Shown here: positions 51,533 to 63,694 of the stretch, piece after piece
Layout: each line of letters starts with the position of its first letter
How positions within the stretch are numbered: the stretch's first letter is position 1
From: Raillietiella orientalis
Lineage: Eukaryota
Assembly (NCBI GenBank): GCA_036172245.1
Contig: JAYWIR010000052.1
Span: 496,001 to 560,000, forward strand
Direction: 5' to 3'
Length of the DNA: 64,000 nucleotides
Made by a program: the position numbers and the translations under genes
The notes under the pieces: model-generated
Told to the model about the DNA's origin: nothing
What the model saw: the letters and a program-made list of their open reading frames with translations, nothing else
The model's database searches: none

Positions 51533-54500
51533 TCGGATTAAATTTGAGGAGCGCCTCGCCATTCACGAGGGAAAACAGCCGTTGTTCCTGGGAGTTTGGG
51601 AGGGATGACGACGATTTTGCTCCTCCGCGAGTGACGGATCGGCCGACGACGATTAAGCGGACCTCATGATGGGATGTTCCTCTGGGCGAGGAGGGATGGA
51701 GGAACGAAGGAGGGGAGGAAAACAGGATCCACGGAAGGTGCCAGGAGGCTCAGTTCCTTGCTGCAGACAAGGCGAGCGGGCTGCGAAGAAGAGGCACGTG
51801 GGGCGGGGATAGGGGGGGGGGGGACGCGCGCGCGTCTTACAGAAAGGAACAGAGAGAGAAACGACCTCCAAATCGTGGACCGCGGACACTCCTGAGCGGG
51901 CATCGCCAGGGGAGGCGCCGATCGCATGCGATGGAGGTGGCGTCGCCGTGTGGGAAGGACAGGACACTCCCTCCGCCGGTCCGGACTAAGGCGATCGATC
52001 TGTGGTTGAGAGAACGGCGTAATCGACGAGGGCCCCTCAAGGTCAACGGACACCGGACCAAGAGAGCTACTCTGGAACGACCAGTCGACCTACTAGTGCC
52101 ACTGTCCGCGCCTTTCACAAGCGCCGTCCACTCCATCCACCGGGTGAAGTGAGCGGCACTTTTCATTTTTTTTTTTTTTTTGCTTGGGTCGCCAGGAAGG
52201 CAGGAGGTCGACTCCTCCACCTCACCGACCGACACACCTCCCTGCGGAAGCACTCTTTCCCTTCGCAAGATGCAACGCGTCTCCAGGGAAGAGAAGAGGA
52301 GATCTCGGAGCAACCTGCCTCCCCGCAGGGGTTTCTCCGAGATCTGCTCTCTCTCGCTTGGGGTGGCGGCGGTGGCCTGCGACCGCCGGAGGCCCCGTTC
52401 ATTTCGAGTTGGGCGTCTTCCGGGAAGGTTCGCGGCGCGAGAAAAACCTGTGGAGATACGGGAGGGCGGGAACACGGCACCCTCACCCACTTCATCCCTG
52501 TCGAAACGGGCGAACTCGCGCTTCCGGATGCATCCGTTTCCCTCCCGCGTCCGGAGCGAGATCACCACGTCGCTAGGCGACGCGTCCGCTGCGGAGGGGA
52601 GCAAAGCAGGAAGCGACAGAGGAAAAGAGTAAGGTGGGCCCGCGAGCATCAAGGGCTCCCGGGGGAAATCCTTTCCCTCTCCTCCCCCCAGCTGGTGTGG
52701 CGAGAGGGCGCGACGGCGAGTTCGCCCCAGCCTTCTACCGCAGGCGTGCCGTCCCATTCCACGACCACCAGCAAGGAAGGAAGTGGCGCACACCACTCCC
52801 TCCGCCTGTCTCCTAGGAAACCTCGAGTCCTCCTCCTCCTCTCCCCCTCCGCCGCTTCGTCTTCTGACGCGCCTCGAGATGCCAGGGGTGTTCGCGACGC
52901 GGGCGCTCCTGGTTCTGCCGCGACCCCTCGCTTTCTCCTTGTGCCCCTCTTTGCTCCGCTGGCGAAATGGAAGGAAAGAGGGGGAGGAGGGCGTCCAGTG
53001 GGACCACTTGCCCTGGAGAGCAAGAAGAAGCGAGTCAGCTCCGAGTCGGGAAGGAAGTCCCCTCCGACCCGAGCAGCAGGCTGCAAGGATTCGGGAAGGC
53101 GCCGACGGCTACTCCCGACCGGAAGAAGTCGGCAAGAGAGGCAGGGAACGATTGACCCCGTGTGACGGACAGAACCGCGGATACCGTTGCGGCTCACCGC
53201 CTGCCCAGCGCAGGGGCCGATGGATGCACCGGCGCGACGTGCGCGCACGACTGCCGAGCTTTCGGGAGGAACCTCTTCCCCACCCTCCGTTCCCGCCCTT
53301 GCACGCGGCGCCTTCAGGGGCGCACCCTCGCCGTCCGACGGCGTCGCGCTTCTTCGGGCGGGAAGAAAAAATCGGCAAGAGAGGCAGTGCCCGTTGCCAA
53401 GGGAACGACCGACCCTCGGAGCGAACCGTCTCTTTCGCTCTGAGCGACCGACTCCCTACGGCTTGGTCCTGCTGGGTTCACCGGGGCACCCGGAGGGCTT
53501 TGGAACCACCGCCGCCATGCGGAAGCGCTTCGGATGAGTGTTGCCAAGCTGCGTGAAACACACGGCAGGCCCTTTGTCCACGCTGCGCGACAGTCGGAAG
53601 AAGAGCGGGCGCCTGAAGACCAAAGAAAGAAACGGAGCGGTAGTTCCCGCCCTGCGAGCCGCCATCTTGGGCCATGCGCCTGCGCTTCGCGCGGCCACCC
53701 AAGCCGTTCCGGGTTCCTCCTGCTTGAGGTGCAGCAGATGGTTCCTTCGCGACAGCAGGCGTGCCGCCGCGCCCTTCGAGCCACCGCCTGGACGACTCCT
53801 CGGCGCACAGGGTGCTGTCCGCCTCTCAGCCTCCATCGTAGGCCAGACGTCAGTTCTCGAGATTTGGAGCCCACCTGAAGGACACTTGAAAACCGTTGCG
53901 TCATCGGCTAACCCTGGACTTCCATGGCGATCTGAAATGCCGAAACTCAACGCTGCCCCGTGGTAACGCCCCCCGAGCAGGCACGCAACCGGGGCAGACC
54001 CGTTCGAACCCACTCTCTCCGGAAGGACCACTTCACATGCAAATGCTCTCGCGCAAAGGGACGGCATTCGGGAAAAGGAGGATGGAAAAAGATCGAAGGA
54101 AGGAAGCTGCTTGGGAGCGTTCCGCCCGCTCGGAACCCGAACCCTTGGACAAAAACAGCGACGGGGGGGGGGGGGGGGGGGGAGCTAACGGAACCCGAAG
54201 GGACGCACGCTGAGCGGCTGCGATTCCCGTCCACTGCATGGATCACGAATTCAGCCGGAGATAACGCGGCGATCATTTGCAACCCGGTTTTCCGAGTGTC
54301 GAACTCTCGAGAGCAGATCACGGGCAGCTCCGCATCCGAAGGATCTCGAACCTGCCGAACCACACGCAGGCGGGAAACCCGGCGGATGCTGGGAAGGACC
54401 GCATTAACCACAATGGGGGTTGCGCATACGCGGATACGCGCGCGCACGGATGGCAATCAGAACGTGCCTTAACACGAAAGGATGAACGAAAACGCCCGAT

Positions 54501-55485
54501 GAACAACACAAATCGCAAATAAGTCGGCAGTAAAAAAAAAAAAAAAAAAAACTCCTCGTGGCGCAAATTCAATTTCAAGCATTCGCATTAATTGTGCCGA
54601 ATTTCCAAGTGCCTTCGTGTAAAACGCATATGGTTGTGATCCCAACTCCGGACCAGACAGCAGCAGCAGGGGGAGAGAGGGAGAGGTGGGGGGGGAAATT
54701 GCACCCTTACGGATTATGAGGCCGGGAACAGCCTAAAAACAGTAAAAGAAACGGGCCAAGCATCAGCTGCGTTGCTGATGCACACCGTGGTCCAGAAATT
54801 AAGAGATGCCCATTACTCACTCAGGCGGCGGGAACCGCAGATTTCATTTATTGGCGAACAAAATGAAGATCCCTTCCCCCCCCCCCTTTTTTTTTTTTTT
54901 TTTTACAAATCCTCTTTTAATTCCGTTACAAATGGCGTTCCAACGTCCATTCCTCTCAGACGCAAACCCTCGACGGTTGAAAGCAAATTTCGTCATCAAT
55001 CATTTTGGGCCGAACCGAAGTTCTATTCAAACTGTTGCAAACCATGATTTTGCACAAAACAAAAAAAAAAAAAAAAAAGGATGATGAAACCGCAATCGAA
55101 CATTCGTGGAATGCCCTCGCCTTTCCTGGGGAAGGGGGGGAAAGGCAGACAAACATCCGCTGGAGCGTCCTCCTTCGGTTGCACACAAACGGCAGGTAAT
55201 ATAAAGTCACACGAAACCTGAAAACGTGTGCCGAGGCACGTTTCAAGGCACGTCATTTCATGCCTCGAAACAATCTTCCGGCCCCGCTCGTTTCAAAAAG
55301 GTCACACACGCGTTCTGCGGGCAGTAAGGCCTACCGAATAATGACCCGGGAATTACATCAGAACCAAGCCTTCGCTGATCATTAAGGCGCGTTAATGCGA
55401 TAAGCTGCGTTAATGACATCAACTAAGCATAGCAAATCACAGTTTATCATCCAGAAAGATGTACAGTATTTGCGGATCCTTTGGA

Positions 55486-58372
55486 TCAGACGAAATACTG
55501 ATCTAACTGCTGCATTTTGTCTTTGGGTTTATGATGGAACCCGCGTCCCCTACTTCGCCCTCTGCTGCGTCCCCTGCTGCCTCTCCCCCTCTGTCTATTC
55601 GTCCGGCCCATTCTCTTGGCAAACTGCTTGCTAGTCAAGGATTCCAGGTGGGCCTCACAGAACACACACCCTGACAGTTTGGACTCTCCAAATGGTAAAT
55701 CCAGTTTATCCTAAAAAGTAGTGCATCAGACACGACTACTGGAAATTTGACTGCCTCACGGATTTGTATTCTGCAGAAACTTGCTGGGAACCACACTCTT
55801 TGCACACAGTATCCAGGACAGTCACTTTGAGGGCGCCTTCAAAGCAATGGAGAACCACATTGCACTGATTGCAACGGAGATGCCATTTGGGTGCAGATGA
55901 AGAATCAAGCACCAAAACACCTTTCTCACAATCTTCACAGGTAGCTACCCCGTTGGCATGCAAACTGTGAGGACATGTAGGATGTGGACATAAATTGCAA
56001 CCACTGCCTTTGGCCATTCCACTACACCTTGCACGTGAATGCAAGCAATAACTTTCTTCACGTACCTGAAGGGCGGATGCGCCATGCAGTTTGGACAGAA
56101 TACGTAGCTTTTCCCTTGACTACCTGCGCTCCATATGAGTAGCTCAAAGTTATCCAGAGGGCAACGCAGTTCACGGTTCAATCGGATGCAACCTCCTTTG
56201 GGTAAGGCATATGTCTGATTGCATGTAGCACAATGCAACCAAGGTGGCTGTGCAGTGACAAGTTTCATAAAGCGACCACATGCTCCACAACGGCAAAAAG
56301 GCTTGGCAGTTTGTGTGAGCAGTGAAAATGATGCTTCAAATAACTGATCGGCAACAACAATGTGATTAACAAAGTACTCATATTTTGCATGGAAGATGGC
56401 CACAGCATGTCTCAGAACACAATGATAATCAGCCTTTCCTGTAGCTATGAGTTGCAACTGCTGCTCAACTGCAGCTCTCATAGTAGGTTCCACTAGTTGT
56501 GGATCGATTTGCTGGTAACTGTGAATCAATGTGATTCCTAGTTGGGTGGGAGTAAGACGGCGGCCAGCACCAACAGAGGCATACTGCCTCTGATACAAGT
56601 TGCTAATATGCACTGGAATAGAAGCATCAGTTCCTATGCCATGTTTTTCCATAAGACCAATGAGATCAGCTTCAGTTAGTAAGCTGGGAGGAGAGGTCTT
56701 CCTCTCTTCCATGCTGATCTTCACAAAGAACTTAAAAGGGCAACACCTCAAGTTATCCTCTTACCTGAACAACAGGTAATTCCTGATTCTCGCTCAAAAC
56801 TGGCAACTCCTTTTCAGCAGGAGCTCTCCAAGGCATGAAGACAGTAAAACCAGGATCAATTTGCTTGCACCCTGTGCATGAGAATGTCTCTGAATTGATG
56901 GCAAACTTTGCAACAGTGATTACACAGCGACTATCCGTGCTAACTGATGCCAGAAAATGGCAGCACACATAATCATACAAACGCCAGGTATCATTGTCAG
57001 GGAGATGTTCTTGCAGGGCAAGCTGGACAGGAGTGATCGGAGGGTGATCACCAGCATCATGACCCCTTTGTGAGATGCTAGCATGGCCTGTCAACAATTG
57101 TGCAACATGCTGCCCCCAGTCAGGACTGTCTTTTAATACTTGAAGTGCTGCTCTGAAAAAGACCTCTCCATCTAACCCTTCTCGCACAGTCTTCCTACCT
57201 GACATCAAAAGAATTAGGATATCGGCTACTTTCTGTTCGAGGATAACTTATGAATCCTTGTGTATATAGTCTTTCAGCAATTTCCATGGCCCGATGAGGG
57301 CTTAACCCCAAACCGGAACTTGCTGCTCTCAACAACTCAACTGTATTGAGTGCCAGAGGACGGGCATTGTGAGTTTCTCGGTGCACAACACTGGTGATCC
57401 TGACATCAAGAGACATACCAGCTGAGCTCTGTAAGTTTCTCACTTAGCAACAGGACCATCTTGAGCACAAGATAAAAAGACTTGTGCAACCTCCTTGTCG
57501 AAACACTGGCCTCGTTCCCAATTGAGATCTACTTGCTGACCACTGGGAAGTCTTACAACAGCCTTCAGAACCCAATAAGGTTCCGGCTGAAATTTCTGAA
57601 TAAGATCATAGCGAGCTACACATAGCCCCAGAGTTGGTGTCTGACATGGGCCAAAAGAAATAAGACTTGTATCAAGGCTTGCAAAGCGACCTTGGAGATG
57701 CTGTGTCTGGAAACGAGTAAAGGCACAACCCATACGCAAATCAAGTTCTTGACGTGCATCCACACTTAAAGCTTCATTCTCGTTAGGCTGTGTTAGTGTT
57801 GACATGGCATGATTCACATCCTTCTCCGTAATGGCTGAGAAAACTGCCCTTAACACTTGGGACTTGGGTAACATATGAGGTAACACACAATCCAGAACCT
57901 CAAAACATATGTTTTCTCCTTCTTTGTCACAATCAAGCCATAAAATGACGATGCTACATCCTTGTGCTTCTTTCATTAGAAACTGAGGAATATGGAGCTT
58001 GGGATTAGCTTCCTTCTTTTCAGTTGGACAATGAAACAATTCGACCTAAATGAAGGCAAAGTGAAACGATAGTTAGTCTACACCATGCATACTGGATCGA
58101 CTTCGTTCCAGTTATTGTATTTTGAAGGGAAATCCAGGGACAATACATGGCCACAAACTGAAGTCATCTTGAAAAAAACTTGCTCTCCTCTAAATTTGCC
58201 AACCCACTCATGTACTGAGCAAGACTTATTTGATGCTATTTTTCAGGATAATTAGACTTCAGTAATTCACACTGGCCCTACCTTTTCTAGAAGTAGCTTG
58301 TTTTTTGCTTAGGATGGCAGATATAGATGAGGCCAATAACGGTTTTTCTGCAACTAACAATGCAGTTCTCAT
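55486..58372 (-). CDS. TOP3B: DNA topoisomerase III beta, 854 aa, 8 exons
   Basis: Exons 58372-58282, 58235-58093, 58045-57444, 57399-57199, 57152-56765, 56718-56066, 56021-55760, 55710-55486 total 2565 nt, all GT-AG and phase-consistent. Motifs: MRTALLVAEKP, TSVCGH, TOPRIM WLDCDKEGENIC, SFGPCQTPTLG, catalytic GFISYPRT (Tyr331), DHPPITP, GIGTDAS, C-terminal zinc fingers, RG-rich tail and KPKDKMQQLDQYFV end typical of TOP3B rather than TOP3A. Confidence 0.97.
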
Positions 58373-58429
58373 TATCACACTAGAATGCAAGAAACATCAG
58401 CCAAAATATAAAGAACACCTTGGATTTAT

Positions 58430-59340
58430 TTAACCGGTCAACTTCCAAGATCAATCATGAATTTGACAGCGTGAATCAATCTGTTCGTTTGAAAAATGTA
58501 TACACTCCACAATATACAGATATGCGGCTCAAACGTCCACTGCCTACATACGATTCCCAACAGCTACTTCAAGCACGAATGGCAAACACCACGGTGCAAA
58601 CACCGTGAACTTGCAAACTCTTGCCTCGATCTGACAGTGTCCGATAAACTTTGGGGCACAGTTGCCACAGGGCCTGCGTACTCCAAAGTCACCGCTCAAG
58701 GGGGAAACGAGGATTCTGCGGTCCTAACAATTATTGAAAGCAGTCGAGCTGCTTCCACATGATATCCTCCACCTGTCTCCAAGATGTACCTGGACACGTG
58801 CTTTTGGATTTCGAATGCGCACCCTCACGAGACGCCGAAAGCTTCCATCAGGGTGTACACCTCACACATGGCAGGAAACGTGGTCTCCATCCGATGACCT
58901 GTCCAGGAGGAAGAACGTCTTCGGGTGACCGTGCAAGACGACCTTCAGCCACGGACGAAAGGATTCGACGTTCGCTGGAGGCGAGTTAGGAAGACTTACG
59001 TTTGACGGCACGAAGCAGGGTTTTACTTGCCCTCCACGCCGTTGGGCAAGGATCTGAAAAGTTATTTTAGGAGCGAATCGAAATGAAGATGAAATCAGGA
59101 AAATTCGCAAAATAAACAAACTTTGCGGGCTGCACACGTAACCGCGGAGACACCAGAAGTAAACTTACTTCCTCCTGAATGCTGTGACCATTTTCATGTC
59201 GTTCCGACAGCACACACACTTTCTCTGAATCATTCACTGTTTGCAATGATTAAGCACGGATGGAAAATCAGGTATTTGTGCAGAACGCTTGCTAGTACTT
59301 ACTGCAGGTGAACCAAACAAGTATCTTTTTTTGTTCTGGA
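58430..59340 (-). pseudogene. Decayed Merlin / ISXO2 (IS1595-like) DDE transposase relic with introns
   Basis: Motifs in the expected order across frameshifts: ILVWF...MIQRKCVCCRNDMKMV...LPNGVEG (zinc ribbon), GGGYHVE (cf. GG.G..VE.DE), DFGVRRPCGNC (cf. WVFG..R..G.C), SSCWESY (cf. SD.W..Y), LIHAVKFMID (cf. VNHS..FVD). Terminal inverted repeats not found. Confidence 0.55.
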
Positions 59341-60439
59341 AAACTACCGAGGAGAATAAAATTAGAAATAAAAATTACGAATTTATTTTGTGCTGCTTAG
59401 TAAGTACACGGCGCGCATTTTTTTTCGCAGCTGTAACAAACTGCAAAAACGCCTTTTTGTGTGTGGGTTTTCGGAAAATAAAAAATGGTGAAAACAAACT
59501 CTTCCAAGAAGAAAAAAAACAAAAGTCAAGACGACTCATGGTGTTCCGCCTAATTCCGAAATTCTTACCGACGGCTACAAGGATTAGGCAGAAATACCAG
59601 AACTAGGAAAGGCCGTTTCGGATGTTCTCCCGGACAATAAAACATCCGCGATCCAAGAAAACAAAGAGCAGTTTGCCAGAAGACAACCAAAAGACACACT
59701 TTTCGACTGGAAACCTTAGGTATAGCGGAACGGCCTGAGGCTGGACCTTGTCAAGTTAGCAACTGCAACAGAAATGTGTAAAGAATGAGCCTCCTCCTCT
59801 GGCAACATCCCGGTGTGATCTGCATGCACTCAAAAGGCCCACAATGGATGCAAAACTTTTCAAAAAAAAAAAAACATGCAAGTTCTTCGGAACGTCTGAA
59901 AGTTTCCTGGTTGCGTCGTTGCGGTCGACTCTTGCATCCACTTCGAAATCTTCCAACTTCAAACTTTTATGTTTCATATGGACTTTTTTTTTTTTTTTTT
60001 TTCTTTTTTTTTTTTAGATGCAAAGCCATGCTTTAAAACCAACGAATCGTGTCAAGCAGAGTTGTTTCCCTCCGTGTCATTCAGCGACACCGAGGGCCCA
60101 AACTTCAGTCGCACACCTCGGGTGTCTTCGTGTCCACGCTGACTGCTTCGGATTCACAAAAGCTCTTTACGAAGAATTCATGTCACCACGGACTCGCCCT
60201 TGCACCCCTTCCACCGCGATGGCGCCTCCCGCGTAACCCAATTCGAGCCAAGCCTCGATGGGTTACCGCCGACGAAATAGGCAAACCCAAACGATTCCCA
60301 ACGCTCTTTGTTCGCGGCAGCAGGAAGCAAAAAACATCTCGACTTTCTTCCATCTTGACATCTTGCCCGGCACGCAAACACGCCTCTCAGAGTATTCGAA
60401 GTACCCCATTTCGCTGCCGACCAAAATTACCAAAGATCA

Positions 60440-61215
60440 TAAAAAATAAACACATGTGCTTATCCTTACATAGATTAGTGCGCAAATTCATTCTGACATA
60501 TATAGTCATTATTAGTTGTTAACATGCATAGTATGAATGGTAATACTGTTCTAACACATACATTTATCAAGATTTATTAACGTGTATTTTATTAATATAG
60601 TTAATAATTACTGATAGATAGACATATGAAGGATTATAAAAAATAAATGTATATGCTGATTATATATGTTAACGAATACATTTGTATCTGAAGATTAAAG
60701 TATTGATTAATACACATTACAAAGATTCTAATAAATAAGATTGTGCTTATTATATATATATCAGTTATTATTTAGATAAGATAAACTGATATATATGAAT
60801 ATAAATGTTTGCATATGTATGCATATATGTATATGCTTCTATATATAATGAATATATATTTCGAATTCGAATATCGAATTTTTAAAAAAATTAGGAATAA
60901 TTGTGACACTTAAAATGGTGTAAAGGATTACAAAAAGGAGGAATTAAAAAGAGAAAAAAAAGGAAAATGGAAACGTGAGGAATATATAATGAGCACGTGT
61001 ATTTATTTTTTATAATCTTTCATACATATATCAACAATACAGTCAGCAACCTATTAATTATATTAATAAAATCCATGTGAATAAATCCGAATAAGTGTTC
61101 CAGTAATATTACTGCTAAAAATGCGTACGTTCAGAAATATGAATAATTATGCATATAAGAATAAATTCGTGTATTACTCTATGTTGAATAAGCATGTATG
61201 TTCCATTTACTATGA
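60440..61215. other. Extremely AT-rich low-complexity block
   Basis: TA/ATA-rich, no ORF of 60 aa or more inside it, sharp boundaries against GC-richer flanks. Confidence 0.8.
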
Positions 61216-61223
61216 TCGTTCGG

Positions 61224-62700
61224 GATTTTGAACCGGACCCCTTCATTTCTGGATCATTTTGATGCAAGGAGTAGAGCTGAGCAAACAACAAGCAGAAAGG
61301 ACGACTTGAGCGGAAGGCCTCTCTCTCTTGCTACTCGTTGACATCAGCCATCAGGCGGAGGAGACCTGAGAGAAATCCTCTTGTAGCTCAGCAGACTAGC
61401 AGGCGTCGTTACACTGGGGAAGCACTTTGGGATGAAACAGAGACACAACAGCGCCATATTGTGCAGGTGGACGGTCTTGATTCCACACATCTTACACAAG
61501 TTGATTGTGGTTGAGACCACGGGTACGACCTTTGGAAAAGGACGATATAGATGGATCCAGGTGGGCGGCAAAACCCTTGCTGATCGGCACATTCTTCCAG
61601 GGGTGAGAGACCTCTGCGACAATCTCCAACACCCCAACTTGAATAAGGTAGGCGTGGCCGCACAGGGACGTAGGATCGGGAGTCACTCGACCAATCCAAA
61701 GATACTGTCGCCAAAAGAGCAAAGAAATTCGGGATAAGTCACCGCAGCAGCTGGAATGTGTCTTTGAGTGAAGGCAACACTTGCAAGTGGACACCCAAGT
61801 CTGACAGACCTTATGGAGTGGACACTGCCACTACGGGAGCAACGGAAATAGCTGGTTGCCTGTCAGTGCTGAGACGAGGCATCCAAGAAACAAGCCTCCG
61901 CGCCCCACGGAGGAGTCTGTACAGCGGCGCCGGGGTTTCTTTTTTCGAACTGCTTCCAACACACTTCATGCAAGCTTCCTGAGAGAAGGGAAGAGGGTAC
62001 ACAAAAGGGCAGGAAGGCGCGGCAGCGCTCCTGGATCCTCAGAACGAAGACAAGACCTGTCGAAGAGCACGACGTAAGTACTTGCGCAGCACACACGCGA
62101 GCTGTGTAGAAAACCCTGGAGCTCACTCACGGCACACGCGTTAGCCGAGGAGAAAGGTGGTGGCATTGCCTGCCAACAGCAACGGCCAGAGGAAAAGGGC
62201 TACTACCGCAGAGGTCGTCCGCTCTACGGCCAACCACCTCGGGCTTACTACGCCTTAGGGAGGAATCCTTGCTTCCGGTGTCCCCGAAGAAAGATGAGAT
62301 GGGTGGCAGCCGTGGGAGTATCGGATGCTCCCGGGAAAACAGGTCCAGCGATCAGTTCGTCCCCTCTCCTACCGCAGGAGCTGCCTAGAGCAATGACCTG
62401 GAGTGGGTTATGCTCATGAGCAAACACGCGGGGTCCCTACTCAGGCATCAGGCACCCTTGCTCATTTCCGGAGGCAACCAGAGGCATCCGTGGTATGATT
62501 CCCGCCGTCTGCATGCACCCATGTACATGGAGGGGGGGGGGGGAGCGAGTAGCAGCTGATAGGACAGGATAGGCTTCAGCGCGAAGCTCCCCTACAAGTG
62601 AAAAGGCAGTTACCCGCAGCACGGATGCGTTCCATGCTTCAGCCGTACACGTGAGGACTCGCGTGGCTACGCACGTGTGCTGTCTTGGACGCACCCCGCA
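61224..62700 (-). mobile_element. L1/Tx1-like ORF2 reverse-transcriptase relic, internally deleted
   Basis: Decayed motifs in RT order: GHRKQGFLPK (cf. Q.GF..GR), KKETPAPLYRLL (cf. QG.PLSP.L), VLEIVAEVSHPWKNVPISKG (cf. W....LS..G), DVWNQ...SLFHPK; terminal aatgaa...ccggttcaaaatccc near 61222-61247. Confidence 0.5.
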
Positions 62701-63694
62701 CAACCCGTGGGGTCAGAAGTTTTGCCCTGGGGACGGATTTACGGAAGCAGGCCTGATGTGTCGGATTTTCAACAGACCTGCTGATTCCAAAAACTGGCGA
62801 CAGATTTCCTGCAGGAACCCCGAATTGCACTTCGATGGCGGCACCGGAGCGACTCCCCGTTGGCAAAGCGGCACAACGCAAGCAAGTCGGAGGTCGCTGC
62901 TTCGGACTCCGGAAGAGTTGATGCCGTAGAGGAGCGCGTCCGGAAACCGCCTCTTCGCCACGTGTCTCGAGGCGGCACGTGCCCTAGCGCCGCACGTTGG
63001 AAGAGCTATTTGCTGCTCGACTGATTGCGACGTGAATCAAAGAAATCAGTGGCACCTGTGGGAGAATCTTTTCGGACTTTCCACAACTTTTGCCTGCGTC
63101 GGGGAGGAGGGGGCCGTCGCACCTTGCGAGTTGTCCTCAGAGATGGGGCAAGTCCCAGCAGTCGTTTGCCCTGGCGCCGGGGGCAGGCCGAGCACGCGAG
63201 CCTGCCGCCGTGCTGACGTTGCAGCAGCGCGCTGCTATGCGTCTTGTGGAAAAGCGCCAGCGTTAGCCGTGTTAGCACGTTTCGTGCACGGCCTCATCCG
63301 TAATCGTGTTCTCGTGCGCGACGTCGATGGTGTAGGCATCGCTCGGCGCGCGTTCGTGTGAACTTGTCAAGGGAGAAGGGAAAAACCCTGCGGCCCTCTA
63401 CGCTCTGGACAGTGCTTCCATGCAGGAGGGGGAAGGGGAGGCTGGCGCGCCGGACAACAGAGGCGTAAGCAGCCGTGGCAACAGGTAACGAAGAGGGAAG
63501 CCTCTTGATATCTGCAAGTAGCAAAAGGCTGTAGCAACTGCTGGCATCTAAGACTCAGGAATAAAGGAATATCGTGTCGCAGCCCTCCTCTGTAACGAAC
63601 GCCTGCAGTGCATCACCCCCGCGCAAATCGGAGACTTTGCAGGGCAACGGGGAATTTCTTCAGAGTGTGAAAGTTGCACCCGACCCCCAGTAAT

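Noticed and set aside
56731..56764. 34-bp alternative for TOP3B intron 5
   Set aside because: The 46-bp intron gives a gap-free match to the TOP3B pattern and fits the other intron lengths.
58380..58430. Operon-like AATAAA plus acceptor suggesting spliced-leader trans-splicing of TOP3B
   Set aside because: Cis donors are available upstream, the upstream unit is a dead transposase, and AATAAA is common in AT-rich DNA.
60060..60400. THAP-domain-like fragment on the minus strand (ACRARCQ...FLLP...ERW)
   Set aside because: The second C-x2-H half is not convincingly present and frames are broken; too weak without an HMM search.
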